Positions 36,801 to 47,300 of a stretch of 64,000 bases of DNA are shown piece by piece; the stretch's first letter is position 1, and every line of letters begins with the position of its first letter. Position numbers and translations under genes: made by a program. Below the pieces are notes generated by a model. That model saw only the letters and a program-made list of their open reading frames with translations. It did not search any database and was not told the origin of the DNA. The stretch spans positions 31,806,001 to 31,870,000 of the forward strand of contig OX442314.1 in the NCBI GenBank assembly GCA_949358305.1. Reading direction: 5' to 3'. The DNA comes from Strigamia acuminata. Its lineage: Eukaryota.

Positions 36801-38035
36801 TCTTTGTCATTATTGACAATTGTACCAAGTTCGTTGAAATTAAGGCTTTGACAAAAGCCACGAGCGCTAACTGCGTTCAAGAATTAAGATCTGTTACAAA
36901 CAGATGGGGACACCCCAAAAAGATTGTGAGCGATAACGGAAAACAATTTGTTTCCGATATTTACAATGAGTATTGCGAAATGTACAACATTCGCCCGTCC
37001 CATACAAGCACGTATCATGCCCAGGCGAACCCGACAGAGCGAGCCAATAGAGATATAAAGACGATGCTGGCCCTGTACACAGATGTGCACACGCAATGGC
37101 CACGTTATTTAGACGAATTTGCGTTTGCAATGCGAAATAATGTGTCATCGGCAACGGGATCAAGCCCGATGCTGCTTAACACGGGAAGGATCGTAACATT
37201 ACCTTTCGACCCAAGGATTATTAAACATGCCAATCCATTTGACAAAGAAAATCCAGAAAAATATGTCAGAGTACTATTGGATGTATTGCGCAGATCACAT
37301 CAAGAGATGCATCGCAGAATTCAATTGAATTTTGAACGACATAGGAAAATACACGAACAGAAGTTCGTAATTACGGAGTTCGAAGTTGGAGATTTAGTTT
37401 GGAAACAGACTCACATTCTCTCGTGCGCAGATAAAAATATCTCCGCTGGATTTGCCGAGAAGAGAGATGGACCGCGGGAAATTACTAAAGTACTTCCTGG
37501 CGGAGCGTATAAATTACGCAAATTAGCTGATGGTTCGATTGAAAAATCAGTAAATATTAAAGCGTTGTACCCCTATACGCCTTCATACCCGATTGAGACG
37601 TGGAAAGTAGGACAAAAGTCCGCCTCTTACTCGCCTCAAGAAAATCCTAAATGGATGGACGAAAGTAATCAACTTCCGGATGCTGAGGAAATGGAATTAA
37701 TTCCTGAAACTTCCTCAGAAATTCCAATGGAATTATCCGACTCAACTTCAGTGCAGATTGACAAATCTGCGCCCACAAAGTCTAAACATAGACATAGACA
37801 ACGCTTAACTGCTATGGAAAGGAAAGCGGCGTTAAAAAGAGGCGAAGTTCCAAAGAAACCGCCTCGAAAACCCCGCAAACCCCAACCGATAGTTCCACGA
37901 ACTAGCACTCGTCCACGACGAGAACGAAAACCAAATCCTAAATATGCAGATGAAAATTTCGTGCGAAACATCACTGCAGTATTTAAAAAACCTTACCAAC
38001 AACGAGGAAAAGCCTCAAAGTTCTGTTGGAATTAA
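33836..38035 (+). CDS. pol: Pol of B (protease-RT-RNase H-integrase), intact
   Basis: LMDTGA, YLDD, TDAS; HHCC motif (HGHPLSGHAG..CTHC); DDE core (MDLMGP, SDNG, TERAN). Confidence 0.96.
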   Translation, partial: LDPGDEGLFHPPEVANATSETLFMDVDTVCLDTATSHSGGVEENLQEMTEQLKNLTLFPHKCYTKKFCRLRRLNRVIGGNNLHNITLGNNKDDPRMKITIGGLTFNALMDTGASQCYIGEQLLSETQALPEFLQEAPRNMLVNAVGVAHKPVGQITLCVQWADEFTPMNFIVLAKRVCGLILGHNFMRRQKISPHPHLQEFSCADKPNWSAPYESEEANLALAPLNRITFDYLGLSSTLNSIELTDTPVLTWDEKLVEESDCTPEQRLALREVVNSIPNVFRDQVGCTNVTQHRIKFKEGHSLPKMQYRMYNPAKRAIMTKLAAELEQDGLIEKAKGPFISHPVIVAKPDGSYRMCIDYRWLNAITEVEVIQMPSIDLLLHNTGLAKYFTSIDLVKGYYQVEMCEEDRPKTAFYTPNGPYQFVRMPFGLCNAPCTFQRLMEGILGSALQDYALVYLDDVIVYSDNWDDHLKHVRDVLERLNQANMTINKAKSRFGRTELKFLGHWIKPEGLFGDPDKISAIMKFPTPTCAKDIQRFHGMTNFFRKFVPNHGTIAAPYTRMMNEKTPFEWGDEQTVAFNKIKELLCGDNCLHKPDMTLPFVVMTDASHEGLGAVLCQDVDIFDEKKQKNISVPRPVAYASRVLRGAEKRYTTPELECLAVVWAIDRFKPYLEYGTFTLESDAEALKWLMRTPEPSGKFGRWALRIQCGNFKIVFRKGAANQVADALSRAPLTEEDIPLRDHVEPVEIKQYWPEWDGNPSVSLNRAPEKREYLASVRVHFSENSKECSEEKEGEEVQETLYSALTEVLKEVPPTRREIIDAQLLDTECKRIREYLLNDKVVGIPQSEIKEWKNKVKNYCLDKKEVDGDQMIIYFNPSFEEELNDSGNGFKAVVPSSLVKRVLFACHGHPLSGHAGMSKTLEKTRLIYFWPGMSRSVRNYVKSCTHCAQYKPIQQKRHAAPYTPHNMTNPWECINMDLMGPKPAGRSQNQYIFVIIDNCTKFVEIKALTKATSANCVQELRSVTNRWGHPKKIVSDNGKQFVSDIYNEYCEMYNIRPSHTSTYHAQANPTERANRDIKTMLALYTDVHTQWPRYLDEFAFAMRNNVSSATGSSPMLLNTGRIVTLPFDPRIIKHANPFDKENPEKYVRVLLDVLRRSHQEMHRRIQLNFERHRKIHEQKFVITEFEVGDLVWKQTHILSCADKNISAGFAEKRDGPREITKVLPGGAYKLRKLADGSIEKSVNIKALYPYTPSYPIETWKVGQKSASYSPQENPKWMDESNQLPDAEEMELIPETSSEIPMELSDSTSVQIDKSAPTKSKHRHRQRLTAMERKAALKRGEVPKKPPRKPRKPQPIVPRTSTRPRRERKPNPKYADENFVRNITAVFKKPYQQRGKASKFCWN

Positions 38036-39095
38036 TAAGTTTTATTCAAAACTCAAAGACTGTAATTATTTACATGTCTGACAGGTGTAGTGATTTATAA
38101 TCTCAACACCGGGGGACAAGATATTACGATATTTATGGAAATTTAAATTAAAAATATGAATTTGTTGCGATGAATTAAATATTCGATAGAATACTTTAAT
38201 TTTTGGTCGTATTTAGAAGTATTCTAAATAATATACGGAGAATTACTTTGAAAAGTGATAATCTCGCCTCTTCACGAGGATACGAGACTTACGAGGTGTG
38301 ATTAAACCTCGAACCCGACAATTAATAGGGAATAAAATTCCCAGGGTTCTTTGCACCAAACACTTCGTAACACACGTGGATACAAGTTGACTTCGTCTCT
38401 TCGCTTCCGCTTCACTTTTCGACTCAGAAATTTCAGCGCTAATTCAATTAGCAACTTCAGTAAAAGCAAGGAAAACAAGCTTCAACAGTAAGTAGTTTTC
38501 GAAATTATTCTTTGACCAAAGAATTACAAAAAATTGTTCGCAACAATTGAAAAAATATCGGCGTCCCGATAAAAGTTAGAAATTCACGTGTCGTTATAAG
38601 CGTGAATCGGCATTAAATCACTCTGGAAGTTTAGCTATTCAGTCGAATAGTTGGGTTAAATATTAATAATGAATTATTAAGATTTAAGTACGTAGGCACT
38701 AATTATTTAAATCAAGTCGCGGTCGAGGCTTGTATAAATTATTTGGCGATGAATTTTCGATGTAAGATATTTATTAGACTAAGTGTTAATTAATTAATAC
38801 GAAAGTTATTTTTGATACTCGAAAGTTGGATTAAATAGTTTAAAGAAACTAAAAGAATTTTTTCTTTTGAAAAATCAACAAGTTGCGATTTTCGATGAAA
38901 ATCCCTGTCGGCGAGTCCATTCTCGTGTCATAAACACAAGGGGAATGTGACTCATTAGTGTCACGTGTTAAGGGTTATAAATAACTCGAGTTGTGTATTT
39001 TCGTTGCGAACAATACGTTTTAAATTCTTTGGACTCAAGGAATGACTATTTAGAGTGGAATTATTTTTAATAAAATAATTTATTTGCTTGTGCAG

Positions 39096-40613
39096 ATGGG
39101 AGGTGGTAAACACCGTTCAAAACGGAGTCATCGACGTCACCGTCACGAAAGCTCCAGCTCGTCCACCTCGTCTAGTGACGAGCAACGCCGTTCAGCGGAA
39201 CGTGCTTACATGAGGGCCCAACCGATACCGACGGCGCCCGCCTCGATGTACGCCCTGACGCCGCTGCAACTCGCAACGCTTAATTGGCTGAGCGTCCATC
39301 CGGACGGACTTCCGCTCGAATTGAATTCGATGATGCAGGCCCCGTCCACATCTGCGCAGCCAACCGTTTATGAGTCGGCGCAATTGGCCCCGTTGGCCCA
39401 GGTGGCACATCCGCCCGCGAACGTTATCAACGTCCCGTTGGCCCCGCATTCAACAGAATTTCGGCCGCCAACTGCGAGCGTGGCGCCTACCGTCGCCAAC
39501 ACGTCGAATGCGACTGCACCAACTGTAGCGGGACAATCAACGTCTGATGTACGTCTTCCTGCCGGTGCTGAATCTTCGGCATCCGAATACGGATGGAACG
39601 AGCCGCCGCCGGGCGCTTTGCGTTTTTCAGAACCCGTATCTCGCAACCGCGAGTACCGAGCAGCCAACAAGGCAAGGAAGAAAGACGAGAAGGCCCGTTT
39701 GCGCAAGGAGCAATGCGAACGTGACATGGCAGCTGGAATTCCGCACGATAACATCGTGACCGACCAAGCCACGGAGACGATCTGCCCATTTTGCGTCGGC
39801 TGTGGGTGGTGCTGCGGTGCATCCGCAGGTTCTTCACTAATGCGTTGTCCGAACTGCCGTGGAAGGAAAACGCGACCGCGTTTGGAGCCTTGGAGAAAGG
39901 AGGTTCAGCCCCACGTAGTGAAAGGCATTAAGCCTAACGAGAAGCGATGTTGGGCTCACTGCCCCAAGTGTCGATTGTTTTTGAACAGCCGCGGCGAGGC
40001 TGTGTACATCGACCCACGCTTCCTCACCTGGACCCGTGCTGAAGCCAACGCCGGCGTAAGAGTCGAACTCCTTCGACAGTCACCGCCGCCGTCCGAGGAC
40101 TCTGAAGTTTCTACTGAAACTGTCCAGGCCGCCGAAAGCATTGGAAGCGAGGTCGTAGAAGAAAACGTTCGACCGAAAACGATGTCGCGTGGTCGAGGCT
40201 GTCTGACGCTCGACCGAGCGAAAGAAATTGCCAAGGTTCAACGAACCAACATCTTGGCACGAGGGCGAGCCCGTAAGCTTCAACAGGCCGTAGAAGCGTC
40301 GTCCAAAACCGTGGAGGATCCTCCGGCGGCAGTAACCGACGTGTCTAGCGCCCCTCCGGCTTCTAAGTCTGAAACTTCGGACGAGGCACAGTTCGAAGAC
40401 GCCGAGGAGATGATTTCTGTCATCGATTTCGTGGCGGAATTGCTCGAGGATCTACCGTTCCCACCTCCGAGCCCAGAGGAAATTGAAGCGCCGGAGGAAG
40501 CTGTGTTTTCCGCCGTCTCGACAGAGGCGACTGAAGAGTCGGATTTTCTGACTTCTGCTGAAGTCGAGAAGAAGGAAGAGAAAGATTCGACTGACGTCGA
40601 AAAGAAGAAATAG
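39096..40613 (+). CDS. Accessory ORF3 of B, Cys-rich putative zinc-binding protein (non-Env)
   Basis: ATG directly after a TGCAG acceptor; CPFCVGCGW..CPNCRG..WAHCPKC..AVYIDP. Confidence 0.8.
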   Translation: MGGGKHRSKRSHRRHRHESSSSSTSSSDEQRRSAERAYMRAQPIPTAPASMYALTPLQLATLNWLSVHPDGLPLELNSMMQAPSTSAQPTVYESAQLAPLAQVAHPPANVINVPLAPHSTEFRPPTASVAPTVANTSNATAPTVAGQSTSDVRLPAGAESSASEYGWNEPPPGALRFSEPVSRNREYRAANKARKKDEKARLRKEQCERDMAAGIPHDNIVTDQATETICPFCVGCGWCCGASAGSSLMRCPNCRGRKTRPRLEPWRKEVQPHVVKGIKPNEKRCWAHCPKCRLFLNSRGEAVYIDPRFLTWTRAEANAGVRVELLRQSPPPSEDSEVSTETVQAAESIGSEVVEENVRPKTMSRGRGCLTLDRAKEIAKVQRTNILARGRARKLQQAVEASSKTVEDPPAAVTDVSSAPPASKSETSDEAQFEDAEEMISVIDFVAELLEDLPFPPPSPEEIEAPEEAVFSAVSTEATEESDFLTSAEVEKKEEKDSTDVEKKK

Positions 40614-41353
40614 AAGGGACAAATTAACATTCGTTATTTTCCGAGTGGATATTTTTGACTAAAAATAATCCAAGTGTTTTGTTGTGTTTGCTATTTTTCC
40701 AGTATTCTCATGAGTAGTGTGTTCAGTTTTATTTAAAATTAGAACTAATTATTTAAATATTCTGACGAATATAGTTTGATTAAAAATTGGATTCAATTTA
40801 ATTGTTCTTTCCGAATTCAATTTGATTTTGTTTGAACTAATCATATTAATATATGTTTTGTTTGATTTATTTACAAATTTCATAATTATTTGTGGAAACT
40901 TTGTGTTTATTTTGCTTTGATCGAAGCGTTAAAGAATTTCAAGTTGAAATTCGCTGAATTTTTTATGACAAACGTAATAAAAAATTAGTAGTTAGATTCT
41001 CGATAAATAAAATTTTGCATAAGTTAATTTTTTATTGATTATCTTGTTGATTAATAAGCTATGATGAAGTTTATTTGACGGAGAAAATAAAAATTTCTAT
41101 CGAAATTAATTTTCTCGAACATGTATCCATGTTCGAACGAGTCCATTTCCGTCGCTTAGCAACCGGGAGTTGCGCTGTACAGAGAAGCCGATTAGTCTAA
41201 TCGGGTGACGAAATTTCTGAAAGAAATAGCATGATTAAGTTTAATAAAAATACTTACTAAGTGGATTAATTCGATAGAATTAGGTGAACATTTCTTATAC
41301 ATTAAGAATGACAATTAAAAGTTGGTAAACTCTATGATTGTCACCGGGGGATG

Positions 41354-43107
41354 TGTGATGATTACAAATCCGTATTTATCAATGTTCACAATAGATGGCG
41401 CTGTTTACCAAACGCGCGTAATTCAAACTCGATAAAACCAATAAGTGTGATAAATAATTATTTAGACACGGTGAATAAAATATAACTATTTTATTCGATA
41501 TAAACTAAGTATTATTTACTTGACAATGTTGATTCTATCGAATCAATATCCACATTACTTACCTGTCGAAGGGAACCAATTGGACCCTTCCTGCCCCCAA
41601 CTGGGCCCATCTGGACATAGTCATATTTTAGGTCCGGACTAGTGACCCACGAATCCGCCGATTCGTACGCTGATTGGCTGCCGCCGATCTAGTAGTTCTA
41701 CAGAACTATATAAGCTCCAGTTTCTCACCCACTAACCCCTCTGGCTTGATAACTGAACTTGTATATTGTCTGTAGTTGAATTGTTATCGTTTGATTTCAT
41801 TATTCTCTATCGACACATCAGGCCACCTCAGCTCTCCACAGTTAGTATTCATTACTATTTGTTATTGCTGTTGTAGGGCTATTTCGGGAAGGCTAACTCC
41901 GGTAATAGACATGCATTCGCATGAAATGGCCCCGTAACGTTAGCCAGCTGTTCTACGGGACAGTAGGACTTCGTACGGTGGCTTAATATAACGGTCGTAT
42001 ACAGTACGACCTTGCTAAATGAAAGTAGGTCCCTCAGCTAACTGGCCACAGTCCGCTGCAGGATGGTTGTTGTAAACAGCCCACGCAGGTTCCCGTCTTT
42101 CTACGATTGGTCCTTCCGCTCGTTAAAAGTCGGTAAAGGCCTAATGCACAGGTAACACGCCGGGTTGGTAGCCCGTGAGTAATATCTTCAAGATGTTGCG
42201 ATAAATAACTACCTGGATAATGGTAATCCAACGGCAGTGGCCAAATAATATTTTACCCGGTGCTCGATCAATGGATCCCGTCATCGTAAGGCATGCTGGC
42301 GGATGGAGGAGTCAAATCCTCCCGCGATGGTTCTCTCGACCGTCGTGACGGTCCCCGCCCCATCGTACCCTCCGGGTTAGTAACCCGTGAACGATATATA
42401 AAATATATCGTGTTAAACAAATTACTCGGGCATTGGTAATCCTGTATTGGCAATATCTTTTAAACCCGGTAAGTCCATAGAAATGTTTACCTGGTGGTTG
42501 GTACCACCGATAGCGAATTAAAGCGTACAATTAAATACTCGGCGCCTGATCACGAGATCTTGTCGTCGTAAGGCATGCTGGCGGATGGAGTCTCAACAAC
42601 TCCCGCGACGTTCTCTCAATTGTCGTGACGGTCCCCGCCAATTAATATTTATATAACAATTCATTTGTTATATTCCATTAATCACTTTACTCTTATTCAT
42701 TTGAAACAATGGAATATTCTGCCGAATATTCCTGTTTATGCGAAGGACTCTTCGCATATTTAGATAACCGAGCTGCGGACCAAATACGTCTCCGTAGCGC
42801 TATTTGTGACGATGCCGCAAGTCAGCCGTATCCCTCTGGCTTCGCCCGGATCCTCAACCAGTTGATGTCGCCGTTTACACGCGTCAAGAACCCACAAATT
42901 TTGTTATTATTATTCAGTAATAAATATGTTATGTCACACTAAGGAAACTGTAAGTTATTTCTGCTCAATCATGAATTCATATTTTTACACAGACTTCTGT
43001 AAGCTTATCTCGGTTAGGTTGTTGCTACTCCTAGCAACGTCTTGTTTAAACCGATTATTTATCTATCTTAAATGGCTATTAAATCAGCCAAAAGTAGAAT
43101 CGTCACA
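41354..43107 (+). repeat. 3' LTR of B (1754 bp)
   Basis: Repeat of 28709-30463. Confidence 0.97.
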
Positions 43108-43332
43108 TTACTCATCTCGAAGTTTCTATTAACCCAAAGGGGGAAACATAGTTTCAAGTAAATGTTTACACGTAGATTAATTTAAATACAATCGGCCGTG
43201 TAAAAATAACTCAAACATTTGTTAAATTTTATCTACATTGGTGAAATGTTCTTATTAATAAAATTTAACAATCCTTCGTGAATATGATTGGAAATATTTA
43301 TTTAAAATAAAATATTTTCAATATATTGTGTC

Positions 43333-44367
43333 CTAACCCAACTTGACTTGTTTTAAACAATTTATGAGTTGTACAAAATCGGTCACGTATTTTGTGTTCG
43401 GCTTGGGTCTACGTTTAGACTGTCGAACGGGAGATGGAAATCTTTTCCTCTTTTTAGATGGATTTTGAGGAGTTTCGTCCTCTTTAGAAGAAATCTGAGA
43501 AGTTTCCTCCTCTTTCTCTTCAACTAAATCCTCTGTTTCCATGGACACAGGTTCATTTATTAATTCTGGAGAATTAATAACCTGACCTGCCATCCAATCT
43601 GGAGTCGGGTGTGACTCGTTGGTACCGACTTTCTGATCTAATGTCCATTCCTCAATCGGGTAACTTGGGATATAAGGCATTAAATCCTGTATGTTGATCG
43701 CTTTTGCTTTCGTGTTATCGGAAAGCTTCCGTAGTGTGTAGGAACCTCCGCCGAGAACAGCCGTAATTTCCCAAGGTCCATCACGTTTCTCAGCGAATCC
43801 TGCCGAAATCCCTTTATCTTTATTCGATAAAATATGTGTGGCTTTCCACACGAGATCTCCTTTGGCAAATTGACAAATATAATATTTGTCTTTATGTAGT
43901 CGATCATGCTTTTCGTAATTCGATTGAATTTTCCGATGCATTTCGCTGTGTGCACGTCTAATTACGTCTAAAATGCTGTAGACGTAGGCTTCGGGGTTCT
44001 CTTTGTCGAATTTGATGGCGTGTTTAGTAATACGCGGGTCAAATGGCAAAGGAACGATTCTTCCCGTATTAAGAATCATCGGAGAACAATTTGTTGCCTC
44101 GGACTTAGCGGTGCGCATCGCAAAGGCAAAAGAATTTAAATATTTTGGCCAGTGGGAGTGAATGTCCGAGTATAAAGCTAACATCATTTTTAAAGTCCTG
44201 TTAGCCCGCTCTGTAATATTAGCGGCAGCGTGATATGGGCTAATGTGAGCAATATCTACGTGATTTTTTCGACAAAAATCATTAAATATTGTCGACACGA
44301 ATTGTTTGCCGTTGTCGGAGATTATCTTTTTTGGATATCCCCAACGGTGGAAAACTTCGCTCATCTT
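43333..44367 (-). pseudogene. pol: C-terminal integrase fragment of A pol
   Basis: SDNGKQF..TERAN..RDGPW; joins in frame to 49050 once C and one TSD are removed. Confidence 0.92.
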
Positions 44368-47300
44368 TGTGGTGTAGTGTTTACCTGTTTGATGTCAAAG
44401 ACCGCCACGAGAGGGCGGCATTGTATGACGAGATTATAAAGGTGTGAGAGAGGCAATAAACATCCAGTTTGGAATCAGATGATGAATGGAAATGTGTGTG
44501 TGTGTCATTGACATTGGGACATATAGATGGACATTACATTGGCGACAAGCGGGATAATTTTGTATCGGGAACGTTTGACGGACAATTGAACGTGTGAGTT
44601 ACGATTTTGTGCGGACGTCGGCGTGTTTGAACTTTTTCCAAGATGGCGGAGACGAAGCCGGTGGTGGGCGTGGCGCCGGGACCAGCTAGTTTCGTGCAAG
44701 CGCTGGGGCTGCCTGCTTTTGACGTTCACGGAGAGGCGACAACGCAGAACCAACGTTGGACCAGATGGGTGAAACGTCTGGAGACGTATATGGTCGCCGC
44801 GGGAATAACTGATGATGCGAGGAAGGCGGCGATGTTACTTCATCATGCAGGCGAGGAGGTGTTCGTGATATACGAAACGCTTACGTTGGCGGACGGTAAA
44901 TATGAGACTATTAAAACTGGGCTAGCAGCATATTTCGCACCGAGAAAAAACGTGGAATTTTGCAAATATAATTTTCGGATGAGTAGCCAGAGGGCGGGCG
45001 AGACGCTGGACGAATTCCGCACGCGTTTGAAGCAGTTGTCGGTCGGATGCGATTTTGTGGACGATAATATGGAAATTAAATCGCAGATCATCATGGGAAC
45101 GTCGATGGGTCATTTGCGTCAGCGAGGTCTTCGAGAGGCGTCGTGGGTTTTGAAGGATTTGTTGGATGCGGGCCGTGGATATGAAGTCTCTGGGTGGCAG
45201 GCCAAACAAATGGAGGCTGTGAGTAATTCGGATGAATTAGACATTAATTTGGTTCGTTTTGGCAATTCCAGACGTGGTACGGACAAAGGAAGTTTCTCGA
45301 AGGGAGGTGGACAGGTTAGGAGATGTTTCAACTGCGGGAGGAATTGGCCGCATGCGGAGGGACAGGTGTGCCCCGCGAAGAGTGTTAAATGTCATGGATG
45401 CGGCAGAGTTAGACATTTCATCAGGTTTTGTAAAAATAAGCAGGATGGTAAGGAGGATACGAAGCAGAAGGTTAATGTCGTGGATAAAGCGTCGGGCCGA
45501 GACGATAGTTTTGAGGATGAGATGCCGATTTGGAATATTGGCCAAGTTGGTTCACAGGAAGGAATGCCAAAGGTGGAGTTGCTGATGGGAAAACAAAAGG
45601 TGAAAATCTTGTTTGTGGTGGACTCGGGTACGTCGGTGAATATTTTAAGTAGGGAGGTTTTTAGACAATTGAGACCGGTGCCGGAGTTAAGGAGGAGTGA
45701 TGTTCGATTGTTACCATATGGGGCGACGGAGCCGTTTCCTTTGTTGGGGCGTATGAAGACGAAGTTGGAAGTCGGAGACGGAGAAGAGATTGTGGTGGAT
45801 TTGTTTGTGGTCGACCGTCCAGGGGAATCGTTGTTAACTTACGAGACGGCGCGTCGTTTGGAAGTTATTGGACCTGTTAACAGCGTGGTACAAAGGGATT
45901 TAGCGGCGCAGATAGAGGGTCAATATCCGGAACTTTTTTGTGGGATAGGAAAGTTGGTTGGACGGCAAGTTCACTTGCACGTGGATGAGTCGGTCCCGCC
46001 GGTGGCTCAGAGATATAGGCCATTACCATTCAATTTACGAAGGAAGGTAGAAAAGGAGCTGAAGCGGTTGGTGGATATGGATATCATTGAGCGAGTGGAT
46101 GAGTCGATGGGGCCCACATCATGGATTTCACCGATACACGTGGTCGACAAACCGAAGGATCCAAATCCGGATGCGATTCGCATCTGCATGGACGCTAGGG
46201 AGGTGAATCGGGCAATTAAGCGGGTGAGGCACACGTCCCCACGTCTGGAGGATCTTATTGCGATGGCCGAGGGAGCGACTGTGTTTTCAAAGCTAGATTT
46301 AAACCATGGATTTCACCAGTTGGAATTAGACGAAGTGTCGCGCCAATACATGGTTTTCGCGACGCATGTTGGTTTATTTCGTTTCAAGCGCTTGGGTTTC
46401 GGAGTAAATTCAGCGCCAGAAATCTTTCAGGATTCCGTAGAAAAGGTGATTGAGGAGGTGGATAACACCATAAACATTATGGATGACATCTTTGTGGTTG
46501 GTAAAAAGGACAGTGATCATGGAGTGGCGCTACACGGAGTTTTACGGAAACTTAAGGAAAAAAAGCTCACGTTGAATAAGCAGAAGTGCGAGTTCGGAAA
46601 GAAGGAGTTGGTGTTCTTTGGACATGTATTTTCGGAGCAGGGGATCGCTGTCGACCCAAAGAAAGTTGAAGCAGTGCTCAAAATGGAAACACCAACGAAT
46701 GCGGGGGAAGTTAAAAGTCTGCTTGGGATGATTGTTTATTGCGCGCGATTTGTGCGTAACATGGCCGATAAAACGAAGGCTCTGAGAGATTTGACAAAGA
46801 AGAGCGTGGTATTTGCGTGGAAACCGGAACATCAAAGTGCGTGGGAATATGTAAAGCGAGAGCTGAGCAATAATGAGATTTTGGCCTATTATGATTCGAC
46901 GGCGAAAATCCATTTGACAGTCGACGCGGGTCCGCACGGATTGGGGGCGATTTTGGCTCAGCTGCGAGAGGGAGAAGTTGAACCACGGGTCGTTGCGTAT
47001 GCTAGTAGAGCATTGTCTGAGGTGGAATCACGGTATTCGCAGATAGAAAGAGAGACATTGGCGGTTGTTTGGTCGGTGGAACATTTCTACTTATATTTGT
47101 ACGGGACGACGTTTGTGATTTTCACAGATCATAAACCGTTGGTGAGCATCTTTAATAACCGTAGAGCGAGACCATCGGCGAGGATTGAACGCTTGTGTCT
47201 TCGGATACAACAATACGAGTTCGAGGTTCGACATACAACAGGAGCCACGAATCCGAGTGATTATTTATCACGACATCCGGGGACACGGTTGGGATTGACA

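Larger units (their letters stand above)
28709..43107 (+). mobile_element. Gypsy element B, intact, 14.4 kb, nested antisense in A
   Basis: Paired LTRs; TTAC TSD at 28705-28708 and 43108-43111; PBS; G-run PPT ~41346-41351. Confidence 0.97.
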
